A DNA stretch of 64,000 nt from the sequence record MK509462; one strand, 5' to 3'. The notes beneath the pieces were generated by a model. That model was given only the letters and a program-made list of their open reading frames with translations, had not been told where the DNA came from and did no database searches. How positions within the stretch are numbered: position 1 is the stretch's first letter; the number at the start of each line of letters is the position of its first letter. Source of the stretch: Shigella phage MK-13. Below, piece by piece: positions 46,003 through 55,847 of this stretch. The translations under genes were made by a program, and so were the position numbers.

Positions 46003-46614
46003 ATGAGCAAAATCTTTACCCCGACACATCGTGAAGGATGTGAGATCGCGGCCAACTACCTGCGCGGTCGCATGAACTGCGGCGCTGTCTTCATCGAGCC
46101 AAATTCGTTTGACAACAAAGAATCACCTGATGCCATCGGGTTTCGTTCAGGCGGGTGCTCTGTCCTGATGGAAGTGAAGGTGTCCCGCGCCGACTTTCTC
46201 ACTGACAAGAAGAAGCCCCATCGGATGGACCCCACAACAGGGATGGGTGCATACCGCTTTTATGTCTGCCCTCAGGATGTGATCAGGGTTGAAGACCTGC
46301 CACCAAAGTGGGGGTTGTTCTACTTCACACCCCGCAAGTCCCTGATGCCAGTTCATGTGCCAGACATGCAGTACTCTTCATTGTCATCACCAGAGCATTA
46401 TCAGAAGTATCTTGATGAACAGATCAAGAGAGGAAGAACCGTTACCCGGCATATGCGCAGCTACATGGATCTCCTGGACGGCTTCGCCCACTTTGAGCGC
46501 AACACTGCCGGGGAGCAGAATATCCTGTATGGGGCTTGGCGCCAACTGTGTATAGCTCAAAGTCGTGGTGTAGACTATACTGTGACCGAAGTGTTCCAGA
46601 GGCCAGCGATTTAA
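46003..46614 (+). CDS. hypothetical protein, possible PD-(D/E)XK-like nuclease fold
   Basis: DAIGFRSGGCSVLMEVKVSRADF gives a D...E-x-K arrangement; weak. Confidence 0.4.
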   Translation: MSKIFTPTHREGCEIAANYLRGRMNCGAVFIEPNSFDNKESPDAIGFRSGGCSVLMEVKVSRADFLTDKKKPHRMDPTTGMGAYRFYVCPQDVIRVEDLPPKWGLFYFTPRKSLMPVHVPDMQYSSLSSPEHYQKYLDEQIKRGRTVTRHMRSYMDLLDGFAHFERNTAGEQNILYGAWRQLCIAQSRGVDYTVTEVFQRPAI

Positions 46615-46623
46615 GAGGTCATT

Positions 46624-46908
46624 ATGTCATTAGAAGCATACAACAGAGAGTTTTCAGAAATCAACTATGGTCTAATGTTCGCCAGAGAAAAACGATTTAT
46701 CCAGGCAAGTGAATATTTGGAAAGACATGGGATGGTTTCTGAGTACAAAAATAAATTGAATATGAAAGCCGCTATGGCTTCTGTGGAACTTGGCGCTGAT
46801 TGTGCTGAAGCCCAATCGTATTCCCGTCAAACTGATTACGACCAGGACATGGTGGAAGAGTATAAATCTATCCTTTTCCGTACCGGGTGGATAAATGAAA
46901 TTTCTTGA
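46624..46908 (+). CDS. hypothetical protein (94 aa)
   Basis: ORF with AAGAGG RBS. Confidence 0.4.
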   Translation: MSLEAYNREFSEINYGLMFAREKRFIQASEYLERHGMVSEYKNKLNMKAAMASVELGADCAEAQSYSRQTDYDQDMVEEYKSILFRTGWINEIS

Positions 46909-47953
46909 CGAGCAATTTATCAACAACGTGTCGCCCCGCCTTGACAAGTTCAAGTGGGAGCGCGTTGGTACTGTCGCAAACTTCCGTTGTCCCCTGTGTG
47001 GTGACTCCACGAAGTCTGCTAACAAGCGCCGTGGATACTTCTTCTATGATCGGGATCATGACTGCTTCCGGTTCAAGTGCCACAACTGCAACCAGATGAA
47101 TGGCTGGTCATTTGAGTTCTGGCTGAAGAAGTTCGACGAACGCCTCTCATCCGAGTACAACATGGAGAAGTTCCGTCTGCTGGGTGATACGTCGGGCAGA
47201 CCACTTCCTTCCCTGAAGCCGTTGCCGAAGCTGACACAGACCGCCCGTATTGGCTCAGTGGCGGCAAAACGCGACGAGAGCCTCCTCGGCAATATGCTCC
47301 GGCTTGATCTACTACCGCCTGACCATAAGGCTCGACAGTACGTACAGTGGCGAGGGCTGCCGGAGAGCACTTGGTCCTTACTGTACTACACACAGCGCTT
47401 TCGTGAAGACCTGAAGCTGTTTGAAACAGACCCCGAAAAGCAACTGAAGATCCCTGATGACGAACGGCTGGTGATTCCATTCTGGACGCAAGACGGGCGG
47501 ATGAAGGTCGTTCAGGGGCGTGCATTCGACAAGAACGCGACCCTGCGATACGCGACAGTCAAGCCCAAGGACGAGGACACCAAAGTCTATGGGGAAGACC
47601 GGGTGAACATTCACAAGACCAAGCTGGTGGTGGAAGGTCCGATTGATAGCCTCTTCCTGCCGAATTGTATGGCGTCAGCAGATGCCGACTTGTTGAGCGT
47701 GAAGGGCGACATCTATATCCCTGATAATCAGTACCGGAACCCGCAGGTCTGTGATGGTATTCAGAAGATGATAGATAAAGGTGTCAAGGTCGTGCTGTTC
47801 CCACCGGACGTTCCGTGGAAGGATATCAACGACATGGTCATGCCATCAAAGGGCAACATGCCGATACAAGACCTCCTGAAGCTGATCGCCAAGAACGTCT
47901 ACCAGGGTATGGCCGCTTCATTGCAATTCGCTGAACTGAGGAAAGTGAAATGA
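46895..47953 (+). CDS. DNA primase, gp61-like
   Basis: Zinc ribbon FRCPLCGDS...CHNC and TOPRIM VVEGPIDSLF match T4 gp61. Confidence 0.9.
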   Translation: MKFLDEQFINNVSPRLDKFKWERVGTVANFRCPLCGDSTKSANKRRGYFFYDRDHDCFRFKCHNCNQMNGWSFEFWLKKFDERLSSEYNMEKFRLLGDTSGRPLPSLKPLPKLTQTARIGSVAAKRDESLLGNMLRLDLLPPDHKARQYVQWRGLPESTWSLLYYTQRFREDLKLFETDPEKQLKIPDDERLVIPFWTQDGRMKVVQGRAFDKNATLRYATVKPKDEDTKVYGEDRVNIHKTKLVVEGPIDSLFLPNCMASADADLLSVKGDIYIPDNQYRNPQVCDGIQKMIDKGVKVVLFPPDVPWKDINDMVMPSKGNMPIQDLLKLIAKNVYQGMAASLQFAELRKVK

Positions 47954-48156
47954 CGTTAGAAGAACTGAACAAACTGGACGACGGGGAGATCGTGCGGGGA
48001 TACTTGAAATCTCGTGAGGGGTATGTCCTATCTGGGGAAGAGTCCCCGAGTTTCATCCACGGCTGGAAGAATGGCCAGGTGGACTTCCATGGGGTTCCTA
48101 TCAGTGCTGAGCAGGCCGAATTGGCTCGCGAGTTTGTAAGAGTTCGCCCGAGCTAA
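47950..48156 (+). CDS. hypothetical protein (68 aa)
   Basis: ATGA-overlapped ORF with GAGGAAA RBS. Confidence 0.4.
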   Translation: MTLEELNKLDDGEIVRGYLKSREGYVLSGEESPSFIHGWKNGQVDFHGVPISAEQAELAREFVRVRPS

Positions 48157-48249
48157 AACTTTTTACTTCACATCACCTCCCTCCAGGCCTCGTCGAATGA
48201 GGCCTTTTAAAATACTTCAAAATTATTTTAAAAATTTATTGAAAAAGAC

Positions 48250-48278
48250 TTTACTCTTCAATAATGATGCACTATTAT
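48250..48278 (+). promoter_or_regulatory. T4-type early promoter (-35 TTTACT, 17 nt, -10 TATTAT) with AT-rich upstream element
   Basis: ctTTACTcttcaataatgatgcacTATTAT preceded by a 40-nt A/T tract. Confidence 0.5.
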
Positions 48279-48351
48279 AGTTCACATAGGGCGGCAACAC
48301 ACCGCCGAATGAAAAGTGAAACGAACCAACTACATTATGAGGAATTACATC

Positions 48352-48840
48352 ATGGCTACTACCAAAACTCTGATCACCAACGGCACCATCTCTTTCGAAC
48401 TGAACACCGAAGTTGCTAAAGTTGAAATGTTCCGCATCGCTCAGGCAGCTGGCTTCACTGGTGGCAAAACTTCCTTCATGAACCTGCTGAACGGCAAAGT
48501 AAAAGCGACCAACGGCTTCACCCTGGTAGAGCAGGTTGTGGTTGACAAAGCTGTGGTTGCTAAGACCGCCGACAAAGTTGGCATGCTGAAAGACCTGGGT
48601 CACGACATCCACGTTGTCGAAGCGAACACCGAAACTTACGGCACCATCGTAGTCGGTAAAGGTCGCATCCAGCTGAACCCACTGAACAACGGTTCCTTCT
48701 CTGTGATGGTCTTCCCTAAGAAAGGCTACGCAAACGAAGACATCGTGAAAGCGGCTGGTGGTGAAGCAAAAGCTCAGTACGTCAAAATGGGTAAACTGGC
48801 CGCCAAAGACGTTCAGACCCTAGTGAGCAAACTGGCTTAA
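48352..48840 (+). CDS. hypothetical protein (162 aa), probably abundantly expressed
   Basis: Strongly biased codon choice similar to capsid gene; strong promoter and terminator flank it. Confidence 0.55.
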   Translation: MATTKTLITNGTISFELNTEVAKVEMFRIAQAAGFTGGKTSFMNLLNGKVKATNGFTLVEQVVVDKAVVAKTADKVGMLKDLGHDIHVVEANTETYGTIVVGKGRIQLNPLNNGSFSVMVFPKKGYANEDIVKAAGGEAKAQYVKMGKLAAKDVQTLVSKLA

Positions 48841-48894
48841 TCGAAAGGGGGAGGAAACTCCCCTCCTTATTCAGATTTTTGGTGGGAGACCATT

Positions 48895-49083
48895 ATGTCC
48901 CGCGCTGTCATCCAAGCCTCTTCAGGCGCTCTCTGGGTTGCCGACCGCATTCCGAACAAAGTCTTCCCTCAGTTCCAAGAGGAACTCGAGCAGGCGATGC
49001 TGGCAGTCCTTGAAAAATACGGGTACGACGTCGAAGTTCGTACGTCCTTCAGAGAAGTTATGCCAGTGGTGGTAACAAGATGA
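48895..49083 (+). CDS. hypothetical protein (62 aa)
   Basis: ORF with GGTGGGAGA RBS. Confidence 0.35.
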   Translation: MSRAVIQASSGALWVADRIPNKVFPQFQEELEQAMLAVLEKYGYDVEVRTSFREVMPVVVTR

Positions 49084-49415
49084 AACTAACAAAACAAGAG
49101 GCTTTGGCCATAACAGAGCCAGGTAAACCAGAAGGCACTCCAAAGAATAACTTGGAATTGTCAAGATTGGCTCTGTATGAACTCAAAATTTCTTTGGGCC
49201 AGGTGGACTGGGAAATACTCAGAAACATAGAAGGCGCAGACATCAAAATGTGTCGTAAGTCGTTTTTGATGACCTACCATCAGTATGAGAAACTTTGGTC
49301 GGCGAAAATCATCGGGTGGGATTCATTAGAAGGGCGTGGCAAATCGGCTCCGGAAGCGTACATCAGTTTGCGCAAGAAGGTGGAATTTATGGCAACGCTG
49401 CTCAAAGAAATGTAG
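49080..49415 (+). CDS. hypothetical protein (111 aa)
   Basis: ATGA-overlapped ORF. Confidence 0.4.
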   Translation: MKLTKQEALAITEPGKPEGTPKNNLELSRLALYELKISLGQVDWEILRNIEGADIKMCRKSFLMTYHQYEKLWSAKIIGWDSLEGRGKSAPEAYISLRKKVEFMATLLKEM

Positions 49416-49483
49416 TACACACTCCCTCAAGTAGTTCACTTTCACTTTAAATACCTTCGCATTCATTGCGGAGGTATTTTCTT

Positions 49484-50278
49484 ATGGCCATTCTAAAACT
49501 TGGCAACCGTGGCACTGAAGTGAAGGCACTTCAGCAGAGCCTCAACAAAATCGGCTTCACCCTCGTCGCTGACGGCATCTTTGGTAAGGCAACAGAGAAC
49601 GCTGTCAAGACTGTTCAGGCGGGTGCGGGGCTTGTCATTGATGGTATTGTGGGTCCAAAGACCTCCTATGCTATTCGCAACGCCGGAGACGCCCATCAGG
49701 ATCACCTGACTGAGGCTGACCTTATCGACGCGGCCAACCAGCTGGGAGTTGACCTCGCCTCTGTGAAGGCAGTCAATCAGGTTGAATCCCGTGGCACTGG
49801 CTTCACCAAGTCTGGTAAGATCAAGACGTTGTTTGAGCGTCACATCATGTACAAGAAGATGATGGCGAAGTTCGGGCAGGCTCGGGCGAATGCTGCTGGT
49901 CAGATGTATCCAACCCTTGTCAGTCCAGTGGCAGGCGGGTACACGGGCGGCGACGCGGAGTTGGATCGACTTCACGCAGCCATCAACATCGATGAGGATT
50001 GTGCGTACGAGAGCGCTTCATACGGCCTCTTCCAGATCATGGGCTTCAACTGCCAGGTCTGTGGGTACGCCAACGCCAAGGAGATGTTCAATGACTTCCT
50101 GACGGGCGAACGTGCTCATCTGATGGCATTCGTGAAGTTCATCAAGGCCGATGCCAAGCTCTGGCAGGCTCTGAAGGACAAGAACTGGGCTGAGTTTGCG
50201 CGGCGCTATAATGGTCCGGCGTATGCCAAGAACCAGTACGACACGAAGCTCGCTGCTGCATACAAGAGTTTCAGTTAA
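49484..50278 (+). CDS. endolysin: peptidoglycan-binding domain plus N-acetylmuramidase-type catalytic domain
   Basis: N-terminal PG-binding repeat pattern (ALQ..L...GF....DGIFG..T..AV..FQ) and C-terminal ESASYGLFQIMGFN muramidase-like block. Confidence 0.7.
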   Translation: MAILKLGNRGTEVKALQQSLNKIGFTLVADGIFGKATENAVKTVQAGAGLVIDGIVGPKTSYAIRNAGDAHQDHLTEADLIDAANQLGVDLASVKAVNQVESRGTGFTKSGKIKTLFERHIMYKKMMAKFGQARANAAGQMYPTLVSPVAGGYTGGDAELDRLHAAINIDEDCAYESASYGLFQIMGFNCQVCGYANAKEMFNDFLTGERAHLMAFVKFIKADAKLWQALKDKNWAEFARRYNGPAYAKNQYDTKLAAAYKSFS

Positions 50279-50282
50279 CTCA

Positions 50283-50306
50283 AAGGCCGGAAACGGCCTT
50301 TTTCTT
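50283..50306 (+). terminator. rho-independent terminator after endolysin
   Basis: aaaggccggaaacggccttttt. Confidence 0.7.
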
Positions 50307-50382
50307 TATCCACCCCTCGGGTATGCTGGGTGTGTCGCCTTAATTAAAGGTGATGACACCCCTGAGATATAGGAAGGTTCCC

Positions 50383-51225
50383 ATGCAATCTGCCACCAAA
50401 GTTGTAAGTATGAAGCCAGCGGGCAAGACCAAGTCAGCACGTAAGAAAGAGACTGTTCAGAAAGAAGATGACTGGATGAAGTTCTCCAAAGGTGACTTCA
50501 GAATCGCTCCGTTCAATGGCCTCTCAGAGAATCAGAACCTCGCATATCAATCTGCTCTTGAAGAAAACCTCACCATCGCGATCGGTCCTGCTGGTACAGG
50601 TAAATCGTACTGTGGTGCCTCAGCCGCCGCCAAGCTCCTGATCGATAAAGTTGTCAGCAAGATCGTCATCACGCGCTCTCCGCTGCCAACAGGCCAGACA
50701 GCAGGCTTCCGTCCTGGTGACACGTACGAAAAGCTCATGCCATACCTGATGCCCCTGATTCAGACGTTGAAGAAGGTGCTGAAGACCGACACAGGGAGCG
50801 ACGGTTTCTTCAACTATCTGTGGGAGAAGCGGATCATCGAGATCCAGGATCTGGAGACCATCAAGGGGATGACCTTTGACGACACCTTCTTGATCATCGA
50901 AGAAGCCCAAGAATGCGATATGGAGCAGCTGAAGAACCTGCTGACTCGCGCATCTGATTCAACCTACATCTTTGTCAACGGTGATATCAAACAGTCCAAC
51001 AAGCGCCTGCGTGATAGCGCCCTGGAAAGGTACGTCGGTTCCTTCCGCGACTTCAACGCCAAGCTGGAGGCCGGAACTCTGAAGATCGATGGTGTTGGTG
51101 TCGGTGATGAATATCCTGAATGGGTTCAGCCGTTCAGCATCATCGAATTCAACAAGACCGACCGCAACGGGCGCGGGGACTTCACCCGCCTGATGCTGGA
51201 AGTCAACGATCTGTACGACATTTAA
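50383..51225 (+). CDS. phoH: PhoH-like ATPase
   Basis: Walker A GPAGTGKS and PhoH-family architecture; AGGAAGG RBS. Confidence 0.8.
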   Translation: MQSATKVVSMKPAGKTKSARKKETVQKEDDWMKFSKGDFRIAPFNGLSENQNLAYQSALEENLTIAIGPAGTGKSYCGASAAAKLLIDKVVSKIVITRSPLPTGQTAGFRPGDTYEKLMPYLMPLIQTLKKVLKTDTGSDGFFNYLWEKRIIEIQDLETIKGMTFDDTFLIIEEAQECDMEQLKNLLTRASDSTYIFVNGDIKQSNKRLRDSALERYVGSFRDFNAKLEAGTLKIDGVGVGDEYPEWVQPFSIIEFNKTDRNGRGDFTRLMLEVNDLYDI

Positions 51226-51310
51226 GTAACTCACCAACACTCCCCGCCGCCTTCAATCTACGAGGGCGGCGTATAATAAAACCTGCTTATAACACAAACC
51301 GAGGATCGCT

Positions 51311-53590
51311 ATGATTAACGTCATTAAGCGGGACGGATCTTCTGTCCCCTTTGATATTGAGAAACTACACGCAGTCGTAGACCGCGCATGTGACGGCCTG
51401 ACTGGTGTATCAATGTCAGAGGTAATCGCTGCATCGAAGATTCAGTTCACCGACAACATGAGAACAGATCGCATTCAGGATATCCTCATCCAGGCTGCGG
51501 CTTCACTGATCTCTGTAGACAAACCCAATTACCAGTATGTGGCTGCTCGTCTGAAGTCATATGATCTGCGCAAGGCTGTCTATGGCCAGTACAAGCCGCC
51601 TCACCTGCTGGATATCTTCGTCAAGAACATCAAACAGCGCGTGTACGATCGTGAGTTCCTTGATCTCTACACGACCGAAGAGTTCAACGAGCTGAACGAT
51701 GTCATTAACCACAAACGCGATAAGAACTTCACGTGGGCGGCCATGGGCCAGCTGACAGAGAAGTATCTGCTGCGCGACCGTTCCAAGAAAGACAGCAAGA
51801 TCTTCTACGAAACCCCACAGGTCATGTACATGGGCATCGCCATGGCGTTGTTCTCTAACTGGGACAAAGACAGCCGCCTGGAGATGGTGAAGAAGTTCTA
51901 TGAATATGCCAGCACAGGCAAGTTCAGTCTTCCCACCCCGATTATGGCAGGTGTTCGTACTCCTACCCGTCAGTTCAGTTCCTGTGTCCTGATCAAAACT
52001 GGTGACACCCTGGACTCTATCAACGCAACGGCCAAGACCATCGTTGACTATGTGTCCAAACGTGCGGGTATCGGCTTTGACGTCGGGGCTATCCGTGGGA
52101 TTGGCAGTCCTATTCGCGGTGGAGAGATGGTTCACACAGGCCTGATCCCATTCATCAAGTATCTCACTGGGGCGCTCAAGTCGTGCTCCCAGGGCGGCAT
52201 TCGTGGTGGTGCGGCGACAGCGTACATCCCTCTGTGGCATTACCAGTTCGATGACGTCGTTGTACTGAAGAACAACCGTGGCACTGAAGAAAACCGCGAA
52301 CGCCGTATCGACTACGGTATTCAGATCAACCGCGTGATGTTTGAGCGCCTGGTTGCCAAGCAGCCTCTGTATCTGTTCGACCCGAAAGACAACCGCGAAA
52401 TGTACGAAGCATACTTCGCTGACGTTGACAAGTTCCGTACTCTGTATGAGAACATGATCAAGGCCGCCGATGCAGGCCTGGTTCGTTCTAAGAAGCTGCA
52501 GGCCGAAGAAGTGTTCCAGATGCTGTTAGACCAGCGTTCAGACACAGGCCGCATCTACATCGCATTCGTCGATCACATGAATGAATACAGCCCATTCAAC
52601 CTCGACACCATCTACAGCTCCAACCTGTGTCTTGAAATCGCCCTGCCGACCCGTGAGTTCGAGCAGTACAACGATGAAAACGGACGCGTGGCTCTGTGTA
52701 CCCTGGCTTCCTTTAACCTGACGGCGTTCGAAGACCCGACCGAAATGGAAGACGTGGCGTTCGTGTTGGTGTCTGCGCTGGACATGCTGCTTGAATATCA
52801 GGACTATCCAGCGATTCAGGCTCGCAAGGCTGTTGAAGACTATCGTCCTCTGGGTGTTGGTATCGTGAACGTGGCTCACTTCCTGGCCAAGAACTTCACG
52901 GGCTACGGCTCACCAGCTGGTCTTGAGATGTTGGATGCGTGGATGGCACACCTTCACTTCTATCTGGTCAAGGCTTCCAACCGTCTGGCTATGAAGTTCG
53001 GCGCTTGCAAACGTGGAACCATCCATGGTATGGGTCAGGTCACCGCCGATCTTCAGCCGCTTCCGCTTGACATCCTGCCAAATGGTAAGAAGCCGGAAGG
53101 CATGGCATATGGGCTGGACTGGGATGACCTGAAGGATGACCTGAAGACCTATGGTATCCGCAATGCCACCCTGCTGGCAGTAGCCCCTACCGAAAGCTCC
53201 TCACAAGTCCTCAACGCAACGAACGGCATTGAGCCACCGAAGGGCTTGGTAAGCATTAAGGGCAGCAAGGACGGCACGTACAAACAGGTTGTTCCGGATG
53301 TAGAGACCCTTGGACCGCTGTATGACCTCAAGTGGGACCTGGACTGCATCGAGTACCTGAAGACTGCTGCTGTCATCCAGCGCTGGGTTGACCAGTCCAT
53401 CAGTACCAACACGTGGTATGACCCAGAGAAGTACCCAGATGGCAAGATCCCTCGCGCCAAGATGATGCAGGATATCCTGTCCTTCTATATGTGGGGTGGT
53501 AAGACTCTGTATTACAACACGAACAAGGACGCCAAGGAAGACGAAGAGTTGAAACAGGCTGAGGAAATTTGTGACACCTGTGTTGTCTGA
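51311..53590 (+). CDS. nrdA: ribonucleotide reductase class Ia large subunit NrdA
   Basis: ATP-cone N-terminus VIKRDGS..PFD..K; full-length match to NrdA including C-terminal Cys pair. Confidence 0.95.
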   Translation: MINVIKRDGSSVPFDIEKLHAVVDRACDGLTGVSMSEVIAASKIQFTDNMRTDRIQDILIQAAASLISVDKPNYQYVAARLKSYDLRKAVYGQYKPPHLLDIFVKNIKQRVYDREFLDLYTTEEFNELNDVINHKRDKNFTWAAMGQLTEKYLLRDRSKKDSKIFYETPQVMYMGIAMALFSNWDKDSRLEMVKKFYEYASTGKFSLPTPIMAGVRTPTRQFSSCVLIKTGDTLDSINATAKTIVDYVSKRAGIGFDVGAIRGIGSPIRGGEMVHTGLIPFIKYLTGALKSCSQGGIRGGAATAYIPLWHYQFDDVVVLKNNRGTEENRERRIDYGIQINRVMFERLVAKQPLYLFDPKDNREMYEAYFADVDKFRTLYENMIKAADAGLVRSKKLQAEEVFQMLLDQRSDTGRIYIAFVDHMNEYSPFNLDTIYSSNLCLEIALPTREFEQYNDENGRVALCTLASFNLTAFEDPTEMEDVAFVLVSALDMLLEYQDYPAIQARKAVEDYRPLGVGIVNVAHFLAKNFTGYGSPAGLEMLDAWMAHLHFYLVKASNRLAMKFGACKRGTIHGMGQVTADLQPLPLDILPNGKKPEGMAYGLDWDDLKDDLKTYGIRNATLLAVAPTESSSQVLNATNGIEPPKGLVSIKGSKDGTYKQVVPDVETLGPLYDLKWDLDCIEYLKTAAVIQRWVDQSISTNTWYDPEKYPDGKIPRAKMMQDILSFYMWGGKTLYYNTNKDAKEDEELKQAEEICDTCVV

Positions 53591-53659
53591 GTTGGTCTAA
53601 ACCTGCTACCGTTATATCATCAGGGGTGAGAGATCACCCCTATTCATCAGGAAAGAAAC

Positions 53660-54763
53660 ATGAGCGAACAGAAACAATTCTCCGTATTCGACCCAAGCTC
53701 GAACAACACTGGTCTGCCGTTCTTCGGTGACCCAGTGAGCATCCAGCGCTATGATATTGTGGCCTGGCCATTCGTACAGAAGTGGTATGAGAAAGGTCTC
53801 AGCCAGTTCTGGCGTCCTGAAGAGGTGGACATCACCAAGGACAAGGCCGACTATGCAACCCTCACACCTGCTGAAAAGCGCATCTATGAGAGCAACCTGA
53901 AGCGCCAGACCATGCTGGATTCTATTCAGGGTGCGGCTCCGTTCGAGGCGTTTGGTCCGTGGGCGTCTACCCCTGAAATGCAGTTCGCCGTCCTTGAGTG
54001 GACACGCCAGGAAGCCATTCACTCTCTGTCGTACACCCACATCCTGCGCAACACTGTGAACGATCCTGGCATCGTGTTTGACCACGTGTTGGACGTTGCA
54101 GAGATCGTGGATTGCGCGCATCAGATTAGTACTCACTATGACGATATGGTTCGTTACAGTGGCATGCGTATGGCTGGTCGCGCCTTTACCCGTGAAGACA
54201 TTATGAATGCCAAACGTGCATTCTGGCGTGCTCTGTTTGCTGCCAACACACTGGAAGGTATCCGCTTCTACGTGTCCTTTGCATGCTCTTGGGCGTTCAC
54301 ACAGTTCCAGAAGAAGATGGAAGGCAATGCTAAAATCATTCGCCAGATCGCCCGTGATGAGCAAGATCACCTGATCCTGACCCAGACTCTGCTGAACCGC
54401 CTGCCTGGTATGGACCCTGACTTCGAAATCATCCGTGAGGAACTGCGCGGTGAGATGACCCAGATGTTCTTGGACGTGGGCAATCAGGAGAAGCAATGGG
54501 CTGACTATCTGTTCCAGGACGGCTCTATGCTTGGTCTGAACGCGAAGATCCTACACCATATGGTAGACTGGTTGCTCACCCACCGCATGGGTGCTATCGG
54601 ACACCCATATCCTGGGGAACCACGTAAGGAATGCCCAGTGCCATGGATCAACGAGTGGCTAAATAATAAGACAATGCAGTACGCGTTGCAGGAAGCTGAA
54701 GCTCCTGATTATCTGATGGGTGTACTGACTGGTTCAGTATCCGACGGCCTCAAATTCGCTTAA
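53660..54763 (+). CDS. nrdB: ribonucleotide reductase small subunit NrdB
   Basis: Diiron/tyrosyl-radical R2 pattern; immediately after nrdA. Confidence 0.9.
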   Translation: MSEQKQFSVFDPSSNNTGLPFFGDPVSIQRYDIVAWPFVQKWYEKGLSQFWRPEEVDITKDKADYATLTPAEKRIYESNLKRQTMLDSIQGAAPFEAFGPWASTPEMQFAVLEWTRQEAIHSLSYTHILRNTVNDPGIVFDHVLDVAEIVDCAHQISTHYDDMVRYSGMRMAGRAFTREDIMNAKRAFWRALFAANTLEGIRFYVSFACSWAFTQFQKKMEGNAKIIRQIARDEQDHLILTQTLLNRLPGMDPDFEIIREELRGEMTQMFLDVGNQEKQWADYLFQDGSMLGLNAKILHHMVDWLLTHRMGAIGHPYPGEPRKECPVPWINEWLNNKTMQYALQEAEAPDYLMGVLTGSVSDGLKFA

Positions 54764-54772
54764 AGGTGAGAA

Positions 54773-54997
54773 ATGATTACGATCTATTCCAAACAAGGTT
54801 GCGCTCAGTGTGTAACAGCCGAAAATCTGTGCAAGATGAAAGGGCTGGAACACAAGATCCTCAAGCTGGACAAAGACTACCAGCTGGAAGAACTTCAGAA
54901 GTTGACTGGTAAACAGCGCATGTCTATGCCTGTTATCGTCCTCGCTGACCAGACCGTGACCGACGTTAGTGGACTCGCCGCCAGCCTCAAACGCTGA
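54773..54997 (+). CDS. glutaredoxin/NrdH-like redoxin
   Basis: CAQC active-site motif near N-terminus, about 74 aa, follows nrdB. Confidence 0.65.
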   Translation: MITIYSKQGCAQCVTAENLCKMKGLEHKILKLDKDYQLEELQKLTGKQRMSMPVIVLADQTVTDVSGLAASLKR

Positions 54998-55003
54998 TCT
55001 GTC

Positions 55004-55026
55004 AAAGCCCCTTTATTAGGGGCTTT
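55004..55026 (+). terminator. terminator hairpin of promoter cassette
   Basis: aaagcccctttattaggggcttt. Confidence 0.6.
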
Positions 55027-55050
55027 ACTTTTCAAAACAATTTTTATAGT
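55024..55050 (+). promoter_or_regulatory. possible early promoter (-35 TTTACT, -10 TATAGT, short 15-nt spacer)
   Basis: gcTTTACTtttcaaaacaattttTATAGT. Confidence 0.3.
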
Positions 55051-55098
55051 ATTCTAGGCCGCGGCAACAATGCCGCATTTGACCAGAAGGACTATATC

Positions 55099-55485
55099 AT
55101 GGATCTACACTCCCGTAGTATGTTAGACGCCACCACCGCTTTCCCTATCCAAGGCCTGGCTTTGTCTTTACCATTTAAACAATATGTGCCATATATGTTT
55201 ACAGTTATCGGGGAAGAGTATCCCCGCTCTATCATCAGAGCGTTGCGTGATGCTCTTCATGGGGGCGCAGCGTTATCCAAGGAGACTATGCGCTCGAAGA
55301 ACGTTATGGTAATTGATCCCGAATGTTTGTCTGAAGACCAAAAATTATACAAAGAGTTTCAAGGTAATGCTCAACATGCGGAATTTCTGTATCAATCTGA
55401 ACGCCTCACGTTCAGAAAGGACAACCAACTCTTGTACGTGATCGACCGTGGCACAAACTTGCCGTTGGCTCTCTATATTCAATAA
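55099..55485 (+). CDS. hypothetical protein (128 aa)
   Basis: Conserved aaggactatatcATG context. Confidence 0.45.
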   Translation: MDLHSRSMLDATTAFPIQGLALSLPFKQYVPYMFTVIGEEYPRSIIRALRDALHGGAALSKETMRSKNVMVIDPECLSEDQKLYKEFQGNAQHAEFLYQSERLTFRKDNQLLYVIDRGTNLPLALYIQ

Positions 55486-55500
55486 AATACAGTAAATTCA

Positions 55501-55521
55501 AAGCCCTCACTGAGGGCTTTA
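55501..55521 (+). terminator. terminator hairpin of promoter cassette
   Basis: aagccctcactgagggcttt. Confidence 0.6.
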
Positions 55522-55546
55522 CTTTTGAAACGCCCTCCCCTATACT
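55518..55546 (+). promoter_or_regulatory. T4-type early promoter (-35 TTTACT, 17 nt, -10 TATACT)
   Basis: gcTTTACTtttgaaacgccctccccTATACT. Confidence 0.5.
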
Positions 55547-55596
55547 TCCCAGTAATTCATTGGCATTCGCCACAAATTGAAAGCGGGAACTATATC

Positions 55597-55836
55597 ATGA
55601 CCGACTCCGAAGTCTACGACGCCTCAATGAAATACCACGCCATGACAGCCAAACGCGGCTGTGCTGCTGACAAGGTCTATTGGATAGGTGAACTCAGAAC
55701 CCTCCGCGCCGTGGTCAACCACGAAATCATTATGAATCGCGGCAACAACGGTCAAGGTAAAGACCGGGAAGAATTGAAGGTTGCTCGTGAACGCCTTCGC
55801 TTTGGTCTGACCAAAGCCCTTGAATATGTGAAATAA
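55597..55836 (+). CDS. hypothetical protein (79 aa)
   Basis: Conserved gggaactatatcATG context. Confidence 0.4.
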   Translation: MTDSEVYDASMKYHAMTAKRGCAADKVYWIGELRTLRAVVNHEIIMNRGNNGQGKDREELKVARERLRFGLTKALEYVK

Positions 55837-55847
55837 GGAACTATATC

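Noticed and set aside
51311-53590. Possible intein or intron in nrdA
   Set aside because: The ORF is uninterrupted and about 759 aa, the normal length for class Ia NrdA; no extra insertion is evident.
53612-54496. 294-aa minus-strand ORF
   Set aside because: Antisense to nrdB.
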